A stretch of 64,000 nt of DNA, taken from Candidatus Kaiserbacteria bacterium. Lineage in GTDB: Bacteria > Patescibacteriota > Minisyncoccia > Phycocordibacterales > Phycocordibacteraceae. This document shows positions 38,362 through 47,466 of the stretch, piece after piece. The stretch covers positions 8,063-72,062 of the forward strand of contig JAPLWH010000014.1 of NCBI GenBank assembly GCA_026396715.1, in the 5' to 3' direction. Under the pieces are notes generated by a model. The model had not been told where the DNA came from, did no database searches, and saw only the letters and a program-made list of their open reading frames with translations. The position numbers and the translations under genes were made by a program. Position 1 is the stretch's first letter. Each line of letters begins with the position of its first letter.

Positions 38362-40110
38362 CTATTCGGAGACTGCGCGAAGGACTTCTTCGAGACTTGT
38401 GATGCCGTGAGCAGCTTTGTAGAGACCATCTTCGAACATTGTCAGCATGCCCTCTTTCTTCGCTTGCGTCTCAAGTGCGTCGGTCGTGCCCGAGCGAAGC
38501 ATGATGTCGCGGAGGGTAGGTGAAATGGCGAGTACTTCATGAATGCCGATACGACTCTTGTAACCATCTTCGCATTCGGCTGACGGATGAGGTCGATAGA
38601 AAGGAACACTATCAAGTGTGGAGTCTTCTTGAATAAGTTTTTCATCTTTGAGAGCTTTGAATGCGCTAGCGAACTGCTCTTCGCTAGCAATCTTCAGTCG
38701 TGCAGCACGGTCGAGGGTATAGGAATCTTTCGGTTCGCAGAGCCGACGAACGAGACGCTGTCCCACGATGACGCGTATCGTAGAGGCGAGAAGGAATGGC
38801 TCGACGCCCATGTCGATGAGGCGCGGAATAGCTCCAGCCGCGCTGTTGGTGTGAATGGTTGAAAGTACTAAGTGACCAGTGAGCGCCGCATTGATCGCGA
38901 GCGACGCGGTCTCGCTGTCACGGATTTCGCCGACCATGATGATGTCGGGATCCTGACGCACGAGCGAGCGCAAGCCATTTGCGAAGGTAAAGCCTATCTG
39001 CGGATTTACCTGTGTCTGATTGACGCGCTTCATCTGGTATTCAATCGGGTCTTCTACTGTTGAGATGTTTACGTCCGGCTGATTCAGGATGTCGAGCATT
39101 GTGTACAGCGTTGTTGTCTTACCGGATCCCGTCGGGCCTGAGATAAGAATGATGCCGGTCGTCTGTTTCAGGGCATGATGGATGCGTTCCATATTTTCTC
39201 CGTGGAGCCCAAGCGCATCCAGCGTGAATCCCTCGCCAGTCTCGCGCAAAAGACGCATGACGGTCTTCTCGCCGAAGAAGGTCGGGAGTATCGAGACGCG
39301 GAAGGATACTTGATCGGCTTCGGTCTCCATCTTGAATCGTCCGTCTTGCGGAAGACGCTTCTCGTCGAGTTTCAGGTTAGAGAGCACTTTGATGCGTGCG
39401 ACGATTCCTGCTGCGGCAGGTTTCGGCAGTGTCATCGCGTCGTGCAGGATGCCATCGATGCGATAGCGGACGAGCACTTCTTTTTCCATGGGTTCGATAT
39501 GGATGTCAGAAGCGCCCTGCACGATAGCGTGCCGTAGGAGCGTATCGACGATACGCACGATTGGCAGATCCTCAGCCATTTTTTTCAAGTCCTCGCCTGA
39601 AAGATCTTTGTTGTTGTCCGCGACAGCACTGATCTTCCCTGCTTCGGTTGAGATAATGTCGCCGAATTCGTCTTTGAGCGATTTCTGGTACTGCAGGAGC
39701 GCGAACTTAATGCTCTCAGTGTCGGTCAGTCGTGGCAATATCTTTAGGCTCGTCTTCTTGCGCACTGAATCAATGGACGCAAGGTCGTTTACATCGAGCA
39801 TTGCCACTTCAAGCGAGTCCCCTTCTTTTTTGAAGGCGATGATGTTGTGCGTGCGTGCGATTGGTTCCGGTATGAGCGCGAGCACATCGGCGGCTACGCG
39901 ATTGTCTTTTAAGTTTACGAAAGGAATGCCGAGGACGTATGCTTGGATGCGGCGCAAGGCGTCTTCGGTCAATGAGCCGCGTGAGACGAGCATGTCGCCG
40001 AGCGGCTGTCCGCGCTTCGTGGCTTCAGCAGCGGCAGCATCGATCTCCTTCTTGGCGACAAGGCCCGAGTCGATGATGAATTCTTTCAGCTCCCCTTCCG
40101 AAACGTGCAT
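38362..40110 (-). CDS. pilB: GspE/PilB family assembly ATPase (paralog 2)
   Basis: ASDIHIEP, RLPQDGRF, SGPTGSGKTTT, RQDPDIIMVGEIRD. Confidence 0.9.
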   Translation of the reverse strand: MHVSEGELKEFIIDSGLVAKKEIDAAAAEATKRGQPLGDMLVSRGSLTEDALRRIQAYVLGIPFVNLKDNRVAADVLALIPEPIARTHNIIAFKKEGDSLEVAMLDVNDLASIDSVRKKTSLKILPRLTDTESIKFALLQYQKSLKDEFGDIISTEAGKISAVADNNKDLSGEDLKKMAEDLPIVRIVDTLLRHAIVQGASDIHIEPMEKEVLVRYRIDGILHDAMTLPKPAAAGIVARIKVLSNLKLDEKRLPQDGRFKMETEADQVSFRVSILPTFFGEKTVMRLLRETGEGFTLDALGLHGENMERIHHALKQTTGIILISGPTGSGKTTTLYTMLDILNQPDVNISTVEDPIEYQMKRVNQTQVNPQIGFTFANGLRSLVRQDPDIIMVGEIRDSETASLAINAALTGHLVLSTIHTNSAAGAIPRLIDMGVEPFLLASTIRVIVGQRLVRRLCEPKDSYTLDRAARLKIASEEQFASAFKALKDEKLIQEDSTLDSVPFYRPHPSAECEDGYKSRIGIHEVLAISPTLRDIMLRSGTTDALETQAKKEGMLTMFEDGLYKAAHGITSLEEVLRAVSE

Positions 40111-40211
40111 ATAGAAATAGTATAGCGCGTCCCGCCATAGGCGTGACGCGCTTTTCACACATTCTTTAATTTGAATTAAGTCACAGAAGAGGTAATGTTA
40201 AGAAACTCTTT

Positions 40212-41273
40212 ATGCTCGGAGATGAACAACAATACGAATTGTATTGGAAAATAACCCTAGAATACTCTGATTTTTTTGGGGAAAAATTTCGAACGTGTCT
40301 TGCAGTTATCGTTGCGTTCATTGACGAGCAAAAAGATATTCCATTTTCTTCGGAAAAATACGAAGCGCTCCAGAAGCGAGTCGAAGGAGTGTTTCCAAAA
40401 GCCGACTCCGCATCCACTCGGAAAAGTATAAATCAGTACGTCAAATTAGGATTTATTCTTCCCGAATTGATTTTCTATCATCCAGCAACTAAAGCCTTTT
40501 TGCATGAAACTAGTCTGGGGAAGAAAAAAGCCCTGCTCTCTAAAATCATCTACTCGGATTCTAGCTTTGACCGATCGGTCACGAATCAGTCCGATAAAAA
40601 AGAGATAAACTTCCTGATCAAAACGCTGCAGAAGGTCGGGACTCTATCGAAAGACGGCGTTCTTGCGCTCATGACCGTAGACGTAAGTGCAGTTCCTAAC
40701 GGGTTTTTGGATCGAGCTGGTCTAGAAGAACGTCGTCGTCTTGTTGATGCAATCAATTTCGGGGAAAGAAAATACAATCAACTGAGTTATCTTTGGTCGC
40801 TCTTAAAACAACTCGATGGCTTAGTGGTACAAGACGATACCATTTCTCTGCAGGTAGACATGGCGGTCGTCGGGGATGAAGTAGATGATCTTCCGAAGAA
40901 GCGGGATCCGTATCTGCACCAGATATACAAAAATCAGCTCAAAGTAGAGTCGAATGATCAATTTGGCAGCATCGCATGTATGCTAGAGAAGCTTGCATAC
41001 CCATCTCTAGTCGCTAGTCACATCAAGCCGTTCAGCATTTCCTCGGAAGTGGAGGCTTATGACGTAAACAACGGATTGCTTTTAAGTAAAAATATGGACT
41101 TTCTGTTCGATCAGGGATACATTTCCTTTTTGTCGGATGGCTCGATACTCATTTCAGAACGGTTACATATCGGCGTAAGAGAATATCTGAAACCATTCAC
41201 TCTTGGTAAGACATTTCTTGCGGAGGCACGACTTGCATATCTCGAATATCATCGAGCACATGTGTTTTCTTGA
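40212..41273 (+). CDS. HNH restriction endonuclease (type IIS, HphI-like)
   Basis: LVASHIKP..AYDVNNGLLL..D.LFDQGYISF..YLEYHR HNH motif; converges on two MTases. Confidence 0.75.
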   Translation: MLGDEQQYELYWKITLEYSDFFGEKFRTCLAVIVAFIDEQKDIPFSSEKYEALQKRVEGVFPKADSASTRKSINQYVKLGFILPELIFYHPATKAFLHETSLGKKKALLSKIIYSDSSFDRSVTNQSDKKEINFLIKTLQKVGTLSKDGVLALMTVDVSAVPNGFLDRAGLEERRRLVDAINFGERKYNQLSYLWSLLKQLDGLVVQDDTISLQVDMAVVGDEVDDLPKKRDPYLHQIYKNQLKVESNDQFGSIACMLEKLAYPSLVASHIKPFSISSEVEAYDVNNGLLLSKNMDFLFDQGYISFLSDGSILISERLHIGVREYLKPFTLGKTFLAEARLAYLEYHRAHVFS

Positions 41274-42276
41274 GATTTTTCACGACAAAGAGATACTCCG
41301 TATTCCTATCCTTGTTCTCCTTGCCTGTTACCTTGTAGCGATGGGGTTTTTCAATAATCTCTATAGAACTCGCATATTTTGAAAGCAATGTATACAGCTC
41401 TTCTTTGCTTGGGAAGGAAGAGTTGTTATAGCTCATAACCCAATATTTGTATGAGGTAAGGTTCGCAAATAATCTGTCGAAGAGTTCTAGGGCAGACTTT
41501 CGATTTACGAAATTGTTTTTGAATGGCTTTAATTTCTTCGATTCTATGTATTCGTCTAACGCGCCATAAAATCCGAAATAATTATTCATCGTGCCTGAAT
41601 ACGGGGGGTCGAGATATATCACGTCTGCCTGTACCGTTCCGAGTAGATCAAAAATATCCCTGTTGTACACACGGTTATCCTTTCCGTTGTCAAAGACCGC
41701 TTGATTATATGCGGTTAGATTTGCGAGCACATGCTCTCGGAATGAAAGATTGTGATATGCGCGTTTTCTCCCATACGTTTTATAGCTGTGAACTTCATCG
41801 CGAAGCTTTTTTATCGTATTCCAATCAATAGTAAATCTGGAGTACGGCATTTTTCGTATCATGGCGCGCCGGAGTAAGCTCAGTGCCAATGCTTTTTTAT
41901 ACGTCGAGCCGAGTTTCTCCACATTTTTCCGGTATCGATCAAGCTCCATGCATTCATTGGGAAAAAAATAAACATTCGCGTAGTTTTTATACATAAAACC
42001 TTTTACTGGTTTCCCCGCGAAGAGGATAGTCAGGTCTGATTCTTCCAAGGTTTCCCGCTTATTTTCTATAAGCGCAGTAGCCAACTGAGCATTAATTTTC
42101 AGAATGTCGTTGCTGATGACGCGCATCCCTCTTTTTTTCGCTTCGTATCCGACGGAACTGCTTCCGGCGAAAGCGTCGAATACGGACTCTGCAGCTATCG
42201 GGAATAGATCGCAAATCCAAGAAGCAAGCTTTTCTTTATTCCCGATGAAGTTTATTTTTGGAGGTTTATTTTTCAT
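41197..42276 (-). CDS. N6-adenine DNA methyltransferase (D12 class)
   Basis: NFIGNKEKL, DAFAGSSSV, YLDPPY. Confidence 0.9.
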   Translation of the reverse strand: MKNKPPKINFIGNKEKLASWICDLFPIAAESVFDAFAGSSSVGYEAKKRGMRVISNDILKINAQLATALIENKRETLEESDLTILFAGKPVKGFMYKNYANVYFFPNECMELDRYRKNVEKLGSTYKKALALSLLRRAMIRKMPYSRFTIDWNTIKKLRDEVHSYKTYGRKRAYHNLSFREHVLANLTAYNQAVFDNGKDNRVYNRDIFDLLGTVQADVIYLDPPYSGTMNNYFGFYGALDEYIESKKLKPFKNNFVNRKSALELFDRLFANLTSYKYWVMSYNNSSFPSKEELYTLLSKYASSIEIIEKPHRYKVTGKENKDRNTEYLFVVKNLKKTHVLDDIRDMQVVPPQEMSYQE

Positions 42277-43279
42277 TGCGAATTACTTTCTTCAGTCTCT
42301 GGGCAATCATTTTTGCGAGTAGGGGAGGTACTGCGTTTCCGACCTGTTGCTGCTGAGAAATCTTTGAACCGGTAAACACAAATGAGTCGGGAAATGATTG
42401 AATGCGAGCCAGTTCGCGGACGGTCAGCGCTCTATTTTGCGAGTAATGAAATATCTTCCGCATGTCTCCGGTAACGCATACGGAGGGCTCAGTACTAGTA
42501 TAACGAATGTATTTTCTACTATCCCCGGTTAGCGGTCTGAGCGGAAGAGGAATTTGAGACCGGTCTCCTCCGTCTTTTACATACGCCATTTTTTTGAGCA
42601 TCTGAGGCGTATGTCTCATGGCTTCATGATTGGGGATAACTGAAGAAGCTCCTACTTCCAGGGTCGGAAGGTCATGTATCGCATCCCAAACGGTTTTGAT
42701 GCGGTTCGTTTTCTCCTTTGAGAATGCAAAAGGTAGATCAGATTTAGTGCCGACGAAAATAACTCGTCTTCTGGATTGCGGTACGTCATACTCTGCTGCG
42801 TTTAAGATCGTACAAGAGACGGTGTACCCAAGGTTTGAAAAGCACTCGATTATTTCGGCGCGCGTCTGACCTTTGTTGTGGCTGTACAGGCGAGCGACGT
42901 TTTCCATAACGAAGTATTCCGGCTCTATTATTTTTATCACACGAGCAAATTCGCGGAATAAACGATTACGAGGATCAGCTATAAATTTCCGACCGATGCT
43001 GCCAGCCATGCTAAAGCCCTGACAGGGCGGACCTCCTATGACGACATCCACGTGTTGTTTTTTCAGTATTTTCTTTATTTCTTTTGCGTCTATCTTTGAA
43101 ATGTCAGATTGGATAAGTGTATGATTAGGGAAATTAGCGCGATACGTTTTACAAAAGTTCGGCTCGTTGTCTAAGGAGAAAATATTTTTGAACCCGGCTT
43201 TTTCAAATCCGAGCGCTAAGCCGCCGGCACCGCAGAAAAGATCAATATAGGTCAGATCTGCTTGTTTTTTCTGAGCCAT
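42266..43279 (-). CDS. C5-cytosine DNA methyltransferase
   Basis: DLFCGAGG, GGPPCQGFS, ENV, QSRRR, QVGNAVPP. Confidence 0.95.
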   Translation of the reverse strand: MAQKKQADLTYIDLFCGAGGLALGFEKAGFKNIFSLDNEPNFCKTYRANFPNHTLIQSDISKIDAKEIKKILKKQHVDVVIGGPPCQGFSMAGSIGRKFIADPRNRLFREFARVIKIIEPEYFVMENVARLYSHNKGQTRAEIIECFSNLGYTVSCTILNAAEYDVPQSRRRVIFVGTKSDLPFAFSKEKTNRIKTVWDAIHDLPTLEVGASSVIPNHEAMRHTPQMLKKMAYVKDGGDRSQIPLPLRPLTGDSRKYIRYTSTEPSVCVTGDMRKIFHYSQNRALTVRELARIQSFPDSFVFTGSKISQQQQVGNAVPPLLAKMIAQRLKKVIRNEK

Positions 43280-43433
43280 ACTATTGCCTGAGTATAGCAA
43301 AATTTGGTCGTAACGACTTAATTAAGTCTGAACTGATTTCTTGACGCGCAGAACGCATCTGGTATACTTTGTTTTATCTGGAAGGTCCGCGACGCGGACT
43401 TTCTTATTAAAAAGTGCGACATACATATTCCAT

Positions 43434-44801
43434 ATGATTGATTTAAAGACTATCAATGCGGTGCTCGGGGAGTTCGAGGATCGCGGCATCAGCCGCGCGA
43501 CGATGATTGACGCTATCGAGAGCGCGATGGCGACCGCCTACAAGCGCGAATACGGAAAGCGCGGCCAGGTCATACGCGCCAAGCTCGACCTCAATTCCGG
43601 CACGATCGCTTTTGAACAAGTAAAGACCGTCGTCGATGACACGACGGTGCGCTTCCCTGCGCCCGATGAGGTCATTCCCGAGGAGCAGCAGCATCATGCG
43701 CACCCGTTCCACGCGGAGGAAGAGCACCTCGCCGAGGGCGAATTGCCTCGTTTTGATTCCGAAAAGCACATCCTCATCGACGATGCGAAGCGCATGAAGC
43801 GCGGTGTCGCCGTGGGCGAGGACATCATCTTCCCGCTCGAGCCGCAGGACGATTTCGGCCGTATTGCGGCGCAGACTGCCAAGCAGGTGGTCATCCAGAA
43901 GGTGCGCGAGGCCGAGAAGCTCTCGATGATGGAGGAGTTCGGCGAGAAGAAGGGTCAGATCGTCGGCGGCATTGTGCAGCGCATGGAACGCGGCGCGATC
44001 TTTGTCGACCTCGGCCGCACGACCGGCATCATCCCGTACGAGGAGCAGATTCCGGGCGAGCGTTATCGCATGGGCGAGCGCATCCGCGCGTATCTTTACG
44101 CGGTGGACGAAGGTTTCCGCGGCGTCTATTTGCGCCTTTCCCGCGCGCATCCGCAGTTCGTCGTGCGACTTTTCGAGCTTGAAGCACCGGAGCTCGCTTC
44201 GGGCGCTATCGAGATTAAGGCACTTGCACGCGAGCCGGGCAGCCGCACCAAGATCGCACTCGCGTCGCGCGATGCTCATATCGATCCGGTCGGTTCCCTC
44301 GTCGGTCAGCGCGGTGTGCGCGTCTCGACCGTCATGAGCGAGCTCGGCGGCGAACGCATCGACATCATCGAGTGGAATGCCGACGCGAAGGAATTCGTGA
44401 AAGAGGCCCTCTCCCCTGCGACCCCGACCGAAGTTGTGCTGAATGAAGTTGATCATCGCGCGACGGTTACCGTCGCCGAGGACGAACAGTCGCTCGCTAT
44501 CGGCCGTGGCGGTCAGAACGTGCGTCTTGCCGCGAAACTTACGGGCTGGAACATCGACATCATATCGACGGGAGGTGCTGAAGTGGCGGAATCAAACGGC
44601 GAATCAGTCGCGGTCGCAGCAACCGAAGAGGATCCCGCTGAAGCGGCAGGCGTAATGCCGACCGAGAGCGTCGAGATCATTACCGATGAAGCGCCGCAAG
44701 TTACCGGCCTTCCGGCTGAAGAGGAATTGGCTTCCCTTCCTGCGAGCGATGAGACCGTCGCTGACAAAGAAGAGGATCGCGACAAAGCGAAAGACGAGTA
44801 A
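43434..44801 (+). CDS. nusA: Transcription termination/antitermination factor
   Basis: FGRIAAQTAKQV, AREPGSRTKI, SLAIGRGGQNVRLAAKLTGW; acidic tail. Confidence 0.95.
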   Translation: MIDLKTINAVLGEFEDRGISRATMIDAIESAMATAYKREYGKRGQVIRAKLDLNSGTIAFEQVKTVVDDTTVRFPAPDEVIPEEQQHHAHPFHAEEEHLAEGELPRFDSEKHILIDDAKRMKRGVAVGEDIIFPLEPQDDFGRIAAQTAKQVVIQKVREAEKLSMMEEFGEKKGQIVGGIVQRMERGAIFVDLGRTTGIIPYEEQIPGERYRMGERIRAYLYAVDEGFRGVYLRLSRAHPQFVVRLFELEAPELASGAIEIKALAREPGSRTKIALASRDAHIDPVGSLVGQRGVRVSTVMSELGGERIDIIEWNADAKEFVKEALSPATPTEVVLNEVDHRATVTVAEDEQSLAIGRGGQNVRLAAKLTGWNIDIISTGGAEVAESNGESVAVAATEEDPAEAAGVMPTESVEIITDEAPQVTGLPAEEELASLPASDETVADKEEDRDKAKDE

Positions 44802-44834
44802 ATCGCCGATGCTGTATAATCGATTCATATGAAT

Positions 44835-44910
44835 CCCGTTAGAAATACCGAAATGAGCGGGAGGAAATGCACGAGAATTATCCTCGTTTACTAAACTAAT
44901 TTCTAACGGG
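44835..44910. mobile_element. MITE-like element, CCCGTTAG family (copy 4)
   Basis: CCCGTTAGAAAT/ATTTCTAACGGG flanked by an exact ATGAAT duplication at the ppa start. Confidence 0.75.
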
Positions 44911-45429
44911 ATGAATCTATTACACGATATCGATCCGGGTACGAAGGAGGAGATGAATGTCATCATCGAGATACCAAAAGGGTCGCACAATAAATACGAG
45001 ATCGACAAGAAGACCGGCGTCATCAAGCTCGATCGAGTCATGCACAGCGCGCAGGACTACCCTTTTGACTATGGCTTTGTGCCACAGACGCTTTGGGACG
45101 ATGGCGACGCGCTCGATGTCGTCGTGCTGACCACGTACCCGCTCGCGCCAGGCATCCTTGTTCCGGCAAGGCCGATCGGCATCATGCACATGACCGATGG
45201 TGGCGAGGCGGACGAGAAGATAATCGCGGTCGCCTCTGGCGACCCGCGGTACGCTCTCGTAAAAGATATTGCTGACGCGAATCAGCACGTACTCAAAGAG
45301 ATTTCCCACTTCTTCGCGACCTATAAGCAGATTCAGAAGAAAGAGGTCAACGTGGGTAACTTCGAAGGTCGCGCGGCGGCACTCGCGGCATTCGAACGGT
45401 CACGGAAGCTGTATGAGGATGCAAAATGA
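44911..45429 (+). CDS. ppa: Inorganic pyrophosphatase (family I)
   Basis: IEIPKGSHNKYE, YPFDYGFVPQT, DGDALDV. Confidence 0.95.
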   Translation: MNLLHDIDPGTKEEMNVIIEIPKGSHNKYEIDKKTGVIKLDRVMHSAQDYPFDYGFVPQTLWDDGDALDVVVLTTYPLAPGILVPARPIGIMHMTDGGEADEKIIAVASGDPRYALVKDIADANQHVLKEISHFFATYKQIQKKEVNVGNFEGRAAALAAFERSRKLYEDAK

Positions 45430-45430
45430 T

Positions 45431-45625
45431 ATGAACGACGAAAAACTTCTGCCACCTGGAGAAATGCCGCAGCCCGGAGTGCCGTCGCCGAAAGCTCAGT
45501 CCTGGGGCGCGCTTATCTCGATCGGCGTCATCGTGCTTATGGTCGTTGTCGGAGCCTTCTATGCATGGGGCAAGAGAGTTTCTGAGACGAACATTCCCGC
45601 CGATGCGCTGATCACTTCTCAATAA
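45431..45625 (+). CDS. Small membrane protein
   Basis: MNDEKLLPP...WGALISIGVIVLMVVVGAFYAWG single TM. Confidence 0.6.
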   Translation: MNDEKLLPPGEMPQPGVPSPKAQSWGALISIGVIVLMVVVGAFYAWGKRVSETNIPADALITSQ

Positions 45626-45637
45626 TATAAAATACCC

Positions 45638-46249
45638 ATGCTATCTATGAAAATGAACACCAAAACCCGTGCCTCCATGCTTGTTCCGATGGTCATTGAA
45701 AAGAGTCAGTTCGGTGAGCGCGCGTACGACATCTACTCGCGTCTCCTCAAGGAGCGCATCGTGTTCCTTAGCGGCCCGATTGACGACGATACAGCAAATC
45801 TCGTCATCGCACAGCTGCTTTTCCTCGAAGCGGAAGATCCAAAAAAGGACATCTCGCTCTATATCAATTCCCCGGGCGGTTCCGTCACGGCGACGCTCGC
45901 GATGGTAGATACGATGAATCACGTGAAGCCAAATGTCTCGACCGTATGTGTCGGCATGGCAGCTTCCGGCGCGGCAATCCTCCTCTCTGCTGGGGAAAAA
46001 GGAAAGCGTTTCGCACTTCCGCATGCGGAAGTGATGATTCATCAGCCACACGGCGGTGCCGAGGGTCAGGCCACCGACATCGAGATTACGGCGAAGCAGA
46101 TCTTGAAGCTCCGCGCGGTGCTGAACAAAATTCTTTCGAAGAATACCGGACAGCTGCTCGCGAAGATTGAGAAAGACGTCGAGCGCGACTTCTTCATGAC
46201 TGCCGACGAAGCGAAGAAATACGGCCTCGTCGACAAGGTGTACGGCTAG
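45638..46249 (+). CDS. clpP: ATP-dependent Clp protease proteolytic subunit
   Basis: [29 protein letters not shown]. Confidence 0.96.
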   Translation: MLSMKMNTKTRASMLVPMVIEKSQFGERAYDIYSRLLKERIVFLSGPIDDDTANLVIAQLLFLEAEDPKKDISLYINSPGGSVTATLAMVDTMNHVKPNVSTVCVGMAASGAAILLSAGEKGKRFALPHAEVMIHQPHGGAEGQATDIEITAKQILKLRAVLNKILSKNTGQLLAKIEKDVERDFFMTADEAKKYGLVDKVYG

Positions 46250-46265
46250 TCCGGGCATGAATGCA

Positions 46266-46302
46266 TGACGAAACGCGCCGGCGAAGCCGGCGCGTTTCGT
46301 TT
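46266..46302. repeat. Palindromic repeat, copy 1 (also probable clpP terminator)
   Basis: TGACGAAACGCGCCGGC-GAA-GCCGGCGCGTTTCGTTT. Confidence 0.8.
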
Positions 46303-46315
46303 TAACCGAGATCTT

Positions 46316-47270
46316 TTATTTACCGACTCTTTCAACCATAAATCGGACTGCTTCGTCCATGTTTATCGGTTGAATTTCAATATTCGGATGCTTTTCTTTA
46401 AAGACCCTAAAAACCTCATCAGCAAATGCTTGTCCGATTGTCGGCACCTTGTCGAAATCAAGAATTATAGATTCGAATTTATCCAGCCCTTCGAGAATGC
46501 GCCGTGCTTGGGATCTAGATACATGTACCCCATCACCAGAAGCATACAGCTTCACTTTTATCTCAGTTTTGTTAAATGCGAATTCTGTACCGACACTGAA
46601 TTTTCTGAAGATGGCGCTGAGATGTCGTGTTGAATTGACATCAATAGAAAATCTTACCCATGTGCCTCTTTTCAGAGCTGGGAGAGTCTTATAGAACACC
46701 TCGTGCGTCTTATTGTTAATTGTTAAAACATATCCATAACTTTCAAGTGTAAACACATCAGCCGCTTTTGATGTAAAAAAAATACCTTGACCAGAATGAG
46801 ATTTCGGCATGGTGGTGGTCTTCCCTTTCAGCAAGTCCTGCATGGCTTCTAACTCAGTCTTCAATCCCTTTTCTTTCATAATATTGCGGAAAACCCCAAT
46901 CCCAAAGTCGTTGACGATGAAGTGCAATTTTCGGTTTTGAACCGATACTTCAACTTCTACGTATTTTGATTGCGAATGTTCAATTGCATTGTTAAGAATT
47001 TCGGAGAACGCATAATTAAGAATACTTCTGACATTCTCGGAAAGGCGTTTAACTGGAGGATATTGGTTTTGAATATCTTCATAAATTTCGTGCTCTTGCA
47101 GACCATTGTTTTTTAATCGTTTAGAAATCCGTACAGGGAATGCCCCAACTTCGTCGGCTGACTCTGGCAATAGATAGTAAGCTCTGTTCGTTGAACCAAC
47201 CTTGACCAGTTTATCCTTGAATACAAGATCGTTGACCAAGATAACGGCATACTGCCTCGAGATTCCGAAT
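46316..47270 (-). pseudogene. HTH + HATPase-like + STAS-like (DUF4325) protein, probably 5'-truncated
   Basis: FSEILNNAIEHS, DFGIG, HSGQGIFFT, SRSQARR, GQAFADEVFRVF; homologous region begins mid-HTH (FGISRQY) with no plausible start; lower GC. Confidence 0.55.
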
Positions 47271-47311
47271 GAAATTGTCGATAGTAAACCGCATATAAGG
47301 TTATTCCAGCG

Positions 47312-47348
47312 TGACGAAACGCGCCGGCTTCGCCGGCGCGTTTCGTTT
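47312..47348. repeat. Palindromic repeat, copy 2
   Basis: TGACGAAACGCGCCGGC-TTC-GCCGGCGCGTTTCGTTT. Confidence 0.8.
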
Positions 47349-47466
47349 GTGTTAGAGTCAGCCCGTACCGCAAGACCGCCCGCCCGACTCGACTGCACCG
47401 CCGCACCGCCCTTTTTAAGAACCTTATCCTGTTTCGCCTTCGGGAACAGATCTAATTACACGGGCC

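Noticed and set aside
8661-43279. Apparent C-to-G skew switch and genes converging on dnaA
   Set aside because: Confounded by C-rich codon usage on coding strands, and not measurable by eye.
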